DNA of 64,000 nt from Eledone cirrhosa (GCA_964016885.1 OZ024758.1:37262001-37326000), one strand, 5' to 3'. Shown: positions 1-13,603, counted from the first letter of the stretch. Program-made: numbers and translations. Notes: generated by a model from the sequence alone, not told the origin.

Positions 1-19
1 GTGAGAATTCATTTAAGTC

Positions 20-396
20 ATGGTATTAGCTGTCAGAAGTAACTCCAATGTTGGTGAGAATTTATTTAAGTTCATGGTATTAGCTGTCAGAAGTCACTCC
101 ACTGTTGGTGAGAATTCATTTAAGGTCATGGTACTAGCTGTCAGAAGTAACCCCAATGTTGGTGAGAATTCATTTAAGTTCATGGTATTAGCTGTCAGAA
201 GTCACTCCAATGTTAGTGAGAATTCATTTAAGTTCATGGTATTAGCTGTCAGAAGTAACTCCACTGTTGGTGAGAATTCATTTAAGTTCATGGTATTAGC
301 TGTCTGAAGTAACTCCACTGTTGGTGAGAATTCATTTAAGTTCATGGTATTAGCTGTTAGATGGAACTCCAATGTTGTTGAGAATTCATTTAAGTC
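20..396. repeat. Higher-order module A (7 monomers, 377 bp), example copy
   Basis: Ordered variants: gaatttattt monomer, agtcactccact, aaccccaat, agtcactccaat, two plain monomers, gttagatggaac. The same order recurs starting at 3200, 5251, 6652, 8915, 10695 and 26172, with extended or truncated forms at 13228, 21264, 48606 and 54276. Confidence 0.85.
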
Positions 397-773
397 ATGG
401 TACTAGCTGTCAGAAGTAACTCCACTGTTGGTGAGAATTCATTTAAGTTCATGGTATTAGCTGTCAGAAGGAACGCCACTGTTGGTGAGAATTCATTTAA
501 GTTCATGGTATTAGCTGTCAGAAGTAACTCCACTGTTGGTGAGAATTCATTTAAGTTCATGGTACTAGCTGTCAGAAGTAACTCCAATGTTGGTGAGAAT
601 TCATTTAAGTTCATGGTATTAGCTGTCAGAAGGAACTCCACTGTTGCTGAGAATTCATTTAAGTTCATGGTATTAGCTGTCAGAAGTAACTCCACTGTTG
701 GTGAGAATTCATTTAAGTTCATGGTATTAGCTGTCAGAAGTAACTCCACTGTTGGTGAGAATTCATTTAAGTC
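397..773. repeat. Higher-order module B (7 monomers, 377 bp), example copy
   Basis: Ordered variants: deltaT+tact monomer, aggaacgcc, plain, tact/aat, aggaactcc..gttgctgag, two plain. Recurs at 3578, 9292, 49037, 50116 and 52546. Sub-types carry ttaatgg+taggtg (2769, 4820, 12797), gctgacag (15439, 16572) or aggatctcc (14686, 17868). Confidence 0.85.
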
Positions 774-3700
774 ATGGTATTAGCTGTCAGAAGTAACTCC
801 ATTGTTGGTGAGAATTCATTTAAGTCATGGTACTAGCTGTCAGAAGTAACTCCAATGTTGGTGAGAATTCATTTAAGTCATGGTACTAGCTGTCAGAAGT
901 AACACCAATGTTGGTGAGAATTCATTTAAGTTCATGGTATTAGCTGTCAGAAGGAACTCCACTGTTGGTGAGAATTCATTTAAGTTCATGGTATTAGCTG
1001 GCAGAAGTAACTCCACTGTTGGTGAGAATTCATTTAAGTTCATGGTATTAGCTGTCAGAAGTAACTCCACTGTTGGTGAGAATTCATTTAAGTTCATGGT
1101 ACTAGCTGTCAGAAGTAACTCCAATGTTGGTGAGAATTCATTTAAGTTCATGGTATTAGCGTCAGAAGTAACTCCACTGTTGGTGAGAATTCATTTAAGT
1201 CATGGTATTTATTAGCTGTCAGAAGTAACACCAATGTTGGTGAGAATTCATTTAAGTTCATGGTATTAGCTGTCAGAAGTAACTCCACTGTTGGTGAGAA
1301 TTCATTTAAGTTCATGGTATTAGCTGTCAGAAGTAACTCCACTGTTGGTGAGAATTCATTTAAGTTCATGGTACTAGCTGTCAGAAGTAACTCCACTGTT
1401 GTTGAGAATTCATTTAAGTTCATGGTATTAGTTTGTCAGAAGTAACTCCACTGTTGGTGAGAATTCATTTAAGTCATGGTATTAGTTGTCAGAAGTAACT
1501 CCAATGTTGGTGAGAATTCATTTAAGTTCATGGTACTAGCTGTCAGAAGTAACTCCACTGTTGGTGAGAATTCATTTAAGTCATGGTATTAGCTGTCAGA
1601 AGTAACTCCAATGTTGGTGAGAATTCATTTAAGTTCATGGTATTAGCTGTCAGAAGTCACTCCACTGTTGGTGAGAATTCATTTAAGTTCATGGTACTAG
1701 CTGTCAGAAGTAACTCAATGTTGGTGAGAATTCATTTAAGTTCATGGTATTAGCTGTCAGAAGTCACTCCAATGTTGGTGAGAATTCATTTAAGTTCATG
1801 GTATTTGCTGTCAGAAGTAACTCCACTGTTGGTGAGAATTCATTTAAGTTCATGGTATTAGCTGTCAGAAGTAACTCCACTGTTGGTGAGAATTCATTTA
1901 AGTTCATGGTATTAGCTGTCAGAAGTAACTCCACTGTTGGTGAGAATTCATTTAAGTTCATGGTATTAGCTGTCAGAAGTAACTCCACTGTTGGTGAGAA
2001 TTCATTTAAGTTCATGGTACTAGCTGTCAGAAGTAACTCCACTGTTGGTGAGAATTCATTTAAGTTCATGGTATTAGCTGTCAGAAGTCACTCCAATGTT
2101 GGTGAGAATTCATTTAAGTTCATGGTATTAGCTGTCAGAAGTCACTCCACTGTTGGTCAGAATTCATTTAAGTTCATGGTACTAGCTGTCAGAAGTAACC
2201 CCAATGTTGGTGAGAATTCATTTAAGTTCATGGTATTAGCTGTCAGAAGTCACTCCAATGTTGGTGAGAATTCATTTAAGTTCATGGTATTAGCTGTCAG
2301 AAGTAACTCCACTGTTGGTGAGAATTCATTTAAGTTCATGGTATTAGCTGTCAGAAGTAACTCCACTGTTGGTGAGAATTCATTTAAGTTCATGGTATTA
2401 GCTGTCAGAAGGAACTCCACTGTTGGTGAGAATTCATTTAAGTTCATGGTACTAGCTGTCAGAAGTAACTCCACTGTTGGTGAGAATTCATTTAAGTTCA
2501 TGGTATTAGTTTGTCAGAAGTAACTCCACTGTTGGTGAGAATTCATTTAAGTCATGGTACTAGCTGTCAGAAGTAACTCCACTGTTGGTGAGAATTCATT
2601 TAAGTTCATGGTATTAGCTGTCAGAAGTAACTCCACTGTTGGTGAGAATTCATTTAAGTTCATGGTATTAGCTGTCAGAAGTAACTCCACTGTTGGTGAG
2701 AATTCATTTAAGTTCATGGTATTAGCTGTTAGATGGAACTCCAATGTTGGTGAGAATTCATTTAAGTCATGGTACTAGCTGTCAGAAGTAACTCCACTGT
2801 TGGTGAGAATTCATTTAAGTTCATGGTATTAGCTGTCAGAAGGAACGCCACTGTATGTGAGAATTCATTTAAGTTAATGGTATTAGCTGTCAGAAGTAAC
2901 TCCACTGTTGGTGAGAATTCATTTAAGTTCATGGTACTAGGTGTCAGAAGTAACTCCAATGTTGGTGAGAATTCATTTAAGTTCATGGTATTAGCTGTCA
3001 GAAGGAACTCCACTGTTGCTGAGAATTCATTTAAGTTCATGGTATTAGCTGTCAGAAGTAACTCCAATGTTGGTGAGAATTCATTTAAGTTCATGGTATT
3101 AGCTGTCAGAAGTAACTCCACTGTTGGTGAGAATTCATTTAAGTTCATGGTATTAGCTGTCAGAAGTAACTCCACTGCTGGTGAGAATTCATTTAAGTCA
3201 TGGTATTAGCTGTCAGAAGTAACTCCAATGTTGGTGAGAATTTATTTAAGTTCATGGTATTAGCTGTCAGAAGTCACTCCACTGTTGGTGAGAATTCATT
3301 TAAGTTCATGGTACTAGCTGTCAGAAGTAACCCCAATGTTGGTGAGAATTCATTTAAGTTTCATGGTATTAGCTGTCAGAAGTCACTCCAATGTTGGTGA
3401 GAATTCATTTAAGTTCATGGTATTAGCTGTCAGAAGTAACTCCACTGTTGGTGAGAATTCATTTAAGTTCATGGTATTAGCTGTCAGAAGTAACTCCACT
3501 GTTGGTGAGAATTCATTTAAGTTCATGGTATTAGCTGTTAGATGGAACTCCAATGTTGGTGAGAATTCATTTAAGTCATGGTACTAGCTGTCAGAAGTAA
3601 CTCCACTGTTGGTGAGAATTCATTTAAGTTCATGGTATTAGCTGTCAGAAGGAACGCCACTGTTGGTGAGAATTCATTTAAGTTCATGGTATTAGCTGTC

Positions 3701-5899
3701 AGAAGTAACTCCACTGTTGGTGAGAATTCATTTAAGTTCATGGTACTAGCTGTCAGAAGTAACTCCAATGTTGGTGAGAATTCATTTAAGTTCATGGTAT
3801 TAGCTGTCAGAAGGAACTCCACTGTTGCTGAGAATTCATTTAAGTTCATGGTATTAGCTGTCAGAAGTAACTCCACTGTTGGTGAGAATTCATTTAAGTT
3901 CATGGTATTAGCTGTCAGAAGTAACTCCACTGTTGGTGAGAATTCATTTAAGTCATGGTATTAGCTGTCAGAAGTAACTCCACTGTTGGTGAGAATTCAT
4001 TTAAGTTCATGGTATTAGCTGTTAGATGGAACTCCAATGTTGGTGAGAATTCATTTAAGTCATGGTACTAGCTGTCAGAAGTAACTCCACTGTTGGTGAG
4101 AATTCATTTAAGTTCATGGTATTAGCTGTCAGAAGGAACGCCACTGTTGGTGAGAATTCATTTAAGTTCATGGTATTAGCTGTCAGAAGTAACTCCACTG
4201 TTGGTGAGAATTCATTTAAGTTCATGGTACTAGCTGTCAGAAGTAACTCCAATGTTGGTGAGAATTCATTTAAGTTCATGGTACTAGCTGTCAGAAGTAA
4301 CTCCAATGTTGGTGAGAATTCATTTAAGTTCATGGTATTAGCTGTCAGAAGTAACTCCACTGTTGGTGAGAATTCATTTAAGTCATGGTATTTATTAGCT
4401 GTCAGAAGTAACTCCACTGTTGGTGAGAATTCATTTAAGTTCATGGTACTAGCTGTCAGAAGTAACTCCAATGTTGGTGAGAATTCATTTAAGTTCATGG
4501 TACTAGCTGTCAGAAGTAACTCCACTGTTGTTGAGAATTCATTTAAGTTCATGGTATTAGTTTGTCAGAAGTAACTCCACTGTTGGTGAGAATTCATTTA
4601 AGTCATGGTATTAGTTGTCAGAAGTAACTCCACTGTTGGTGAGAATTCATTTAAGTTCATGGTATTAGCTGTCAGAAGTAACTCCACTGTTGGTGAGAAT
4701 TCATTTAAGTTCATGGTATTAGCTGTCAGAAGTAACTCCACTGTTGGTGAGAATTCATTTAAGTTCATGGTATTAGCTGTTAGATGGAACTCCAATGTTG
4801 GTGAGAATTCATTTAAGTCATGGTACTAGCTGTCAGAAGTAACTCCACTGTTGGTGAGAATTCATTTAAGTTCATGGTATTAGCTGTCAGAAGGAACGCC
4901 ACTGTTGGTGAGAATTCATTTAAGTTAATGGTATTAGCTGTCAGAAGTAACTCCACTGTTGGTGAGAATTCATTTAAGTTCATGGTACTAGGTGTCAGAA
5001 GTAACTCCAATGTTGGTGAGAATTCATTTAAGTTCATGGTATTAGCTGTCAGAAGGAACTCCACTGTTGCTGAGAATTCATTTAAGTTCATGGTATTAGC
5101 TGTCAGAAGTAACTCCAATGTTGGTGAGAATTCATTTAAGTTCATGGTATTAGCTGTCAGAAGTAACTCCACTGTTGGTGAGAATTCATTTAAGTTCATG
5201 GTATTAGCTGTCAGAAGTAACTCCACTGTTGGTGAGAATTCATTTAAGTCATGGTATTAGCTGTCAGAAGTAACTCCAATGTTGGTGAGAATTTATTTAA
5301 GTTCATGGTATTAGCTGTCAGAAGCCACTCCTCTGTTGGTGAGAATTCATTTAAGTTCATGGTACTAGCTGTCAGAAGTAACCCCAATGTTGGTGAGAAT
5401 TCATTTAAGTTCATGGTATTAGCTGTCAGAAGTCACTCCAATGTTGGTGAGAATTCATTTAAGTTCATGGTATTAGCTGTCAGAAGTAACTCCACTGTTG
5501 GTGAGAATTCATTTAAGTTCATGGTATTAGCTGTCAGAAGTAACTCCACTGTTGGTGAGAATTCATTTAAGTTCATGGTATTAGCTGTTAGATGGAACTC
5601 CAATGTTGGTGAGAATTCATTTAAGTCATGGTACTAGCTGTCAGAAGTAACTCCACTGTTGGTGAGAATTCATTTAAGTTCATGGTATTAGCTGTCAGAA
5701 GGAACGCCACTGTTGGTGAGAATTCATTTAAGTTCATGGTATTAGTTTGTCAGAAGTAACTCCACTGTTGGTGAGAATTCATTTAAGTCATGGTACTAGC
5801 TGTCAGAAGTAACTCCACTGTTGGTGAGAATTCATTTAAGTTCATGGTACTAGCTGTCAGAAGTAACTCCACTGTTGGTGAGAATTCATTTAAGTTCAT

Positions 5900-8800
5900 G
5901 GTATTAGCTGTCAGAAGTAACTCCACTGTTGGTGAGAATTCATTTAAGTTCATGGTACTAGCTGTCAGAAGTAACTCCAATGTTGGTGAGAATTCATTTA
6001 AGTTCATGGTATTAGCTGTCAGAAGGAACTCCACTGTTGCTGAGAATTCATTTACGTTCATGGTATTAGCTGTCAGAAGTAACTCCACTGTTGGTGAGAA
6101 TTCATTTAAGTTCATGGTACTAGCTGTCAGAAGTAACTCCACTGTTGGTGAGAATTCATTTAAGTTCATGGTATTAGCTGTCAGAAGTAACTCCACTGTT
6201 GGTGAGAATTCATTTAAGTTCATGGTATTAGCTGTTAGATGGAACTCCAATGTTGGTGAGAATTCATTTAAGTCATGGTACTAGCTGTCAGAAGTAACTC
6301 CACTGTTGGTGAGAATTCATTTAAGTTCATGGTATTAGCTGTCAGAAGGAATGCCACTGTTGGTGAGAATTCATTTAAGTTAATGGTATTAGCTGTCAGA
6401 AGTAACTCCACTGTTGGTGAGAATTCATTTAAGTTCATGGTACTAGGTGTCAGAAGTAACTCCAATGTTGGTGAGAATTCATTTAAGTTCATGGTATTAG
6501 CTGTCAGAAGGAACTCCACTGTTGCTGAGAATTCATTTAAGTTCATGGTATTAGCTGTCAGAAGTAACTCCACTGTTGGTGAGAATTCATTTAAGTTCAT
6601 GGTATTAGCTGTCAGAAGTAACTCCACTGTTGGTGAGAATTCATTTAAGTCATGGTATTAGCTGTCAGAAGTAACTCCAATGTTGGTGAGAATTTATTTA
6701 AGTTCATGGTATTAGCTGTCAGAAGTCACTCCACTGTTGGTGAGAATTCATTTAAGTTCATGGTACTAGCTGTCAGAAGTAACCCCAATGTTGGTGAGAA
6801 TTCATTTAAGTTCATGGTATTAGCTGTCAGAAGTCACTCCAATGTTGGTGAGAATTCATTTAAGTTCATGGTATTAGCTGTCAGAAGTAACTCCACTGTT
6901 GGTGAGAATTCATTTAAGTTCATGGTATTAGCTGTCAGAAGTAACTCCACTGTTGGTGAGAATTCATTTAAGTTCATGGTATTAGCTGTTAGATGGAACT
7001 CCAATGTTGGTGAGAATTCATTTAAGTCATGGTACTAGCTGTCAGAAGTAACTCCACTGTTGGTGAGAATTCATTTAAGTTCATGGTATTAGCTGTCAGA
7101 AGGAACGCCACTGTTGGTGAGAATTCATTTAAGTTCATGGTATTAGCTGTCAGAAGTAACTCCACTGTTGGTGAGAATTCATTTAAGTTCATGGTACTAG
7201 CTGTCAGAAGTAACTCCAATGTTGGTGAGAATTCATTTAAGTTCATGGTATTAGCTGTCAGAAGGAACTCCACTGTTGCTGAGAATTCATTTAAGTTCAT
7301 GGTATTAGCTGTCAGAAGTAACTCCACTGTTGGTGAGAATTCATTTAAGTTCATGGTATTAGCTGTCAGAAGTAACTCCACTGTTGGTGAGAATTCATTT
7401 AAGTTCATGGTATTAGCTGTCAGAAGTAACTCCACTGTTGGTGAGAATTCATTTAAGTTCATGGTATTAGCTGTCAGAAGGAACGCCACTGTTGGTGAGA
7501 ATTCATTTAAGTTCATGGTATTAGCTGTCAGAAGTAACTCCACTGTTGGTGAGAATTCATTTAAGTTCATGGTACTAGCTGTCAGATGTAACTCCAATGT
7601 TGGTGAGAATTCATTTAAGTTCATGGTATTAGTTTGTCAGAAGTAACTCCACTGTTGCTGAGAATTCATTTAAGTCATGGTATTAGTTGTCAGAAGTAAC
7701 TCCAATGTTGGTGAGAATTCATTTAAGTTCATGGTACTAGCTGTCAGAAGTAACTCCACTGTTGGTGAGAATTCATTTAAGTCATGGTATTAGCTGTCAG
7801 AAGTAACTCCAATGTTGGTGAGAATTCATTTAAGTTCATGGTATTAGCTGTCAGAAGTCACTCCACTGTTGGTGAGAATTCATTTAAGTTCATGGTACTA
7901 GCTGTCAGAAGTAACCCAATGTTGGTGAGAATTCATTTAAGTTCATGGTATTAGCTGTCAGAAGTCACTCCAATGTTGGTGAGAATTCATTTAAGTTCAT
8001 GGTATTAGCTGTCAGAAGTAACTCCACTGTTGGTGAGAATTCATTTAAGTTCATGGTATTAGCTGTCAGAAGTAACTCCACTGTTGGTGAGAATTCATTT
8101 AAGTTCATGGTATTAGCTGACAGAAGGAACGCCACTGTTGGTGAGAATTCATTTAAGTTCATGGTATTAGCTGTCAGAAGTAACTCCACTGTTGGTGAGA
8201 ATTCATTTAAGTTCATGGTACTAGCTGTCAGAAGTAACTCCAATGTTGGTGAGAATTCATTTAAGTTCATGGTATTAGCTGTCAGAAGGAACTCCACTGT
8301 TGCTGAGAATTCATTTACGTTCATGGTATTAGCTGTCAGAAGTAACTCCACTGTTGGTGAGAATTCATTTAAGTTCATGGTACTAGCTGTCAGAAGTAAC
8401 TCCACTGTTGGTGAGAATTCATTTAAGTTCATGGTATTAGCTGTCAGAAGTAACTCCACTGTTGGTGAGAATTCATTTAAGTTCATGGTATTAGCTGTTA
8501 GATGGAACTCCAATGTTGGTGAGAATTCATTTAAGTCATGGTACTAGCTGTCAGAAGTAACTCCACTGTTGGTGAGAATTCATTTAAGTTCATGGTATTA
8601 GCTGTCAGAAGGAATGCCACTGTTGGTGAGAATTCATTTAAGTTAATGGTATTAGCTGTCAGAAGTAACTCCACTGTTGGTGAGAATTCATTTAAGTTCA
8701 TGGTACTAGGTGTCAGAAGTAACTCCAATGTTGGTGAGAATTCATTTAAGTTCATGGTATTAGCTGTCAGAAGGAACTCCACTGTTGCTGAGAATTCATT

Positions 8801-9660
8801 TAAGTTCATGGCATTAGCTGTCAGAAGTAACTCCACTGTTGGTGAGAATTCATTTAAGTTCATGGTATTAGCTGTCAGAAGTAACTCCACTGTTGGTGAG
8901 AATTCATTTAAGTCATGGTATTAGCTGTCAGAAGTAACTCCAATGTTGGTGAGAATTTATTTAAGTTCATGGTATTAGCTGTCAGAAGTCACTCCACTGT
9001 TGGTGAGAATTCATTTAAGTTCATGGTACTAGCTGTCAGAAGTAACCCCAATGTTGGTGAGAATTCATTTAAGTTCATGGTATTAGCTGTCAGAAGTCAC
9101 TCCAATGTTGGTGAGAATTCATTTAAGTTCATGGTATTAGCTGTCAGAAGTAACTCCACTGTTGGTGAGAATTCATTTAAGTTCATGGTATTAGCTGTCA
9201 GAAGTAACTCCACTGTTGGTGAGAATTCATTTAAGTTCATGGTATTAGCTGTTAGATGGAACTCCAATGTTGGTGAGAATTCATTTAAGTCATGGTACTA
9301 GCTGTCAGAAGTAACTCCACTGTTGGTGAGAATTCATTTAAGTTCATGGTATTAGCTGTCAGAAGGAACGCCACTGTTGGTGAGAATTCATTTAAGTTCA
9401 TGGTATTAGCTGTCAGAAGTAACTCCACTGTTGGTGAGAATTCATTTAAGTTCATGGTACTAGCTGTCAGAAGTAACTCCAATGTTGGTGAGAATTCATT
9501 TAAGTTCATGGTATTAGCTGTCAGAAGGAACTCCACTGTTGCTGAGAATTCATTTAAGTTCATGGTATTAGCTGTCAGAAGTAACTCCACTGTTGGTGAG
9601 AATTCATTTAAGTTCATGGTATTAGCTGTCAGAAGTAACTCCACTGTTGGTGAGAATTCA
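5900..9660. repeat. 2,263-bp period duplication (42 monomers)
   Basis: ORF starts 6275/8538, 6652/8915 and 7029/9292 are all 2263 apart. The private marker aggaatgcc occurs only at ~6350 and ~8612. Boundaries are approximate. Confidence 0.8.
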
Positions 9661-12600
9661 TTTAAGTCATGGTATTAGCTGTCAGAAGTAACTCCATTGT
9701 TGGTGAGAATTCATTTAAGTCATGGTACTAGCTGTCAGAAGTAACTCCAATGTTGGTGAGAATTCATTTAAGTCATGGTACTAGCTGTCAGAAGTAACTC
9801 CAATGTTGGTGAGAATTCATTTAAGTTCATGGTATTAGCTGTCAGAAGTAACTCCACTGTTGGTGAGAATTCATTTAAGTCATGGTATTTATTAGCTGTC
9901 AGAAGTAACACCAATGTTGGTGAGAATTCATTTAAGTTCATGGTATTAGCTGTCAGAAGTAACTCCACTGTTGGTGAGAATTCATTTAAGTTCATGGTAT
10001 TAGCTGTCAGAAGTAACTCCACTGTTGGTGAGAATTCATTTAAGTTCATGGTACTAGCTGTCAGAAGTAACTCCACTGTTGTTGAGAATTCATTTAAGTT
10101 CATGGTATTAGTTTGTCAGAAGTAACTCCACTGTTGGTGAGAATTCATTTAAGTCATGGTATTAGTTGTCAGAAGTAACTCCACTGTTGGTGAGAATTCA
10201 TTTAAGTTCATGGTATTAGCTGTTAGATGGAACTCCAATGTTGGTGAGAATTCATTTAAGTCATGGTACTAGCTGTCAGAAGTAACTCCACTGTTGGTGA
10301 GAATTCATTTAAGTTCATGGTATTAGCTGTCAGAAGGAACGCCACTGTTGGTGAGAATTCATTTAAGTTAATGGTATTAGCTGTCAGAAGTAACTCCACT
10401 GTTGGTGAGAATTCATTTAAGTTCATGGTACTAGGTGTCAGAAGTAACTCCAATGTTGGTGAGAATTCATTTAAGTTCATGGTATTAGCTGTCAGAAGGA
10501 ACTCCACTGTTGCTGAGAATTCATTTAAGGATCATGGTATTAGCTGTCAGAAGTAACTCCAATGTTGGTGAGAATTCATTTAAGTTCATGGTATTAGCTG
10601 TCAGAAGTAACTCCACTGTTGGTGAGAATTCATTTAAGTTCATGGTATTAGCTGTCAGAAGTAACTCCACTGTTGGTGAGAATTCATTTAAGTCATGGTA
10701 TTAGCTGTCAGAAGTAACTCCAATGTTGGTGAGAATTTATTTAAGTTCATGGTATTAGCTGTCAGAAGTCACTCCACTGTTGGTGAGAATTCATTTAAGT
10801 TCATGGTACTAGCTGTCAGAAGTAACCCCAATGTTGGTGAGAATTCATTTAAGTTCATGGTATTAGCTGTCAGAAGTCACTCCAATGTTGGTGAGAATTC
10901 ATTTAAGTTCATGGTATTAGCTGTCAGAAGTAACTCCACTGTTGGTGAGAATTCATTTAAGTTCATGGTATTAGCTGTCAGAAGTAACTCCACTGTTGGT
11001 GAGAATTCATTTAAGTTCATGGTATTAGCTGTTAGATGGAACTCCAATGTTGGTGAGAATTCATTTAAGTCATGGTACTAGCTGTCAGAAGTAACTCCAC
11101 TGTTGGTGAGAATTCATTTAAGTTCATGGTATTAGCTGTCAGAAGGAACGCCACTGTTGGTGAGAATTCATTTAAGTTCATGGTATTAGCTGTCAGAAGT
11201 AACTCCACTGTTGGTGAGAATTCATTTAAGTTCATGGTACTAGCTGTCAGATGTAACTCCAATGTTGGTGAGAATTCATTTAAGTTCATGGTATTAGTTT
11301 GTCAGAAGTAACTCCACTGTTGCTGAGAATTCATTTAAGTCATGGTATTAGTTGTCAGAAGTAACTCCAATGTTGGTGAGAATTCATTTAAGTTCATGGT
11401 ACTAGCTGTCAGAAGTAACTCCACTGTTGGTGAGAATTCATTTAAGTCATGGTATTAGCTGTCAGAAGTAACTCCAATGTTGGTGAGAATTCATTTAAGT
11501 TCATGGTATTAGCTGTCAGAAGTCACTCCACTGTTGGTGAGAATTCATTTAAGTTCATGGTACTAGCTGTCAGAAGTAACCCAATGTTGGTGAGAATTCA
11601 TTTAAGTTCATGGTATTAGCTGTCAGAAGTCACTCCAATGTTGGTGAGAATTCATTTAAGTTCATGGTATTAGCTGTCAGAAGTAACTCCACTGTTGGTG
11701 AGAATTCATTTAAGTTCATGGTATTAGCTGTCAGAAGTAACTCCACTGTTGGTGAGAATTCATTTAAGTTCATGGTATTAGCTGACAGAAGGAACGCCAC
11801 TGTTGGTGAGAATTCATTTAAGTTCATGGTATTAGCTGTCAGAAGTAACTCCACTGTTGGTGAGAATTCATTTAAGTTCATGGTACTAGCTGTCAGAAGT
11901 AACTCCAATGTTGGTGAGAATTCATTTAAGTTCATGGTATTAGCTGTCAGAAGGAACTCCACTGTTGCTGAGAATTCATTTACGTTCATGGTATTAGCTG
12001 TCAGAAGTAACTCCACTGTTGGTGAGAATTCATTTAAGTTCATGGTACTAGCTGTCAGAAGTAACTCCACTGTTGGTGAGAATTCATTTAAGTTCATGGT
12101 ATTAGCTGTCAGAAGTCACTCCAATGTTGGTGAGAATTCATTTAAGTTCATGGTATTAGCTGTCAGAAGTCACTCCACTGTTGGTGAGAATTCATTTAAG
12201 TTCATGGTACTAGCTGTCAGAAGTAACCCCAATGTTGGTGAGAATTCATTTAAGTTCATGGTATTAGCTGTCAGAAGTCACTCCAATGTTGGTGAGAATT
12301 CATTTAAGTTCATGGTATTAGCTGTCAGAAGTAACTCCACTGTTGGTGAGAATTCATTTAAGTTCATGGTATTAGCTGTCAGAAGTAACTCCACTGTTGG
12401 TGAGAATTCATTTAAGTTCATGGTATTAGCTGTCAGAAGGAACTCCACTGTTGGTGAGAATTCATTTAAGTTCATGGTACTAGCTGTCAGAAGTAACTCC
12501 ACTGTTGGTGAGAATTCATTTAAGTTCATGGTATTAGTTTGTCAGAAGTAACTCCACTGTTGGTGAGAATTCATTTAAGTCATGGTACTAGCTGTCAGAA

Positions 12601-13603
12601 GTAACTCCACTGTTGGTGAGAATTCATTTAAGTTCATGGTATTAGCTGTCAGAAGTAACTCCACTGTTGGTGAGAATTCATTTAAGTTCATGGTATTAGC
12701 TGTCAGAAGTAACTCCACTGTTGGTGAGAATTCATTTAAGTTCATGGTATTAGCTGTTAGATGGAACTCCAATGTTGGTGAGAATTCATTTAAGTCATGG
12801 TACTAGCTGTCAGAAGTAACTCCACTGTTGGTGAGAATTCATTTAAGTTCATGGTATTAGCTGTCAGAAGGAACGCCACTGTTGGTGAGAATTCATTTAA
12901 GTTAATGGTATTAGCTGTCAGAAGTAACTCCACTGTTGGTGAGAATTCATTTAAGTTCATGGTACTAGGTGTCAGAAGTAACTCCAATGTTGGTGAGAAT
13001 TCATTTAAGTTCATGGTATTAGCTGTCAGAAGGAACTCCACTGTTGCTGAGAATTCATTTAAGTTCATGGTATTAGCTGTCAGAAGTAACTCCAATGTTG
13101 GTGAGAATTCATTTAAGTTCATGGTATTAGCTGTCAGAAGTAACTCCACTGTTGGTGAGAATTCATTTAAGTTCATGGTATTAGCTGTCAGAAGTAACTC
13201 CACTGTTGGTGAGAATTCATTTAAGTCATGGTATTAGCTGTCAGAAGTAACTCCAATGTTGGTGAGAATTTATTTAAGTTCATGGTATTAGCTGTCAGAA
13301 GTCACTCCACTGTTGGTGAGAATTCATTTAAGTTCATGGTACTAGCTGTCAGAAGTAACCCCAATGTTGGTGAGAATTCATTTAAGTTCATGGTATTAGC
13401 TGTCAGAAGTCACTCCAATGTTGGTGAGAATTCATTTAAGTTCATGGTATTAGCTGTCAGAAGTAACTCCACTGTTGGTGAGAATTCATTTAAGTTCATG
13501 GTATTAGCTGTCAGAAGTAACTCCACTGTTGGTGAGAATTCATTTAAGTTCATGGTATTAGCTGTCAGAAGTAACTCCACTGTTGGTGAGAATTCATTTA
13601 AGT

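Noticed and set aside
1195-1255. 57-bp monomer (-1 and +4 = +3) as a compensatory frameshift preserving an ORF
   Set aside because: The +4 is a simple TATT slippage on an already common deltaT monomer, and uncompensated frameshifts are far more numerous.
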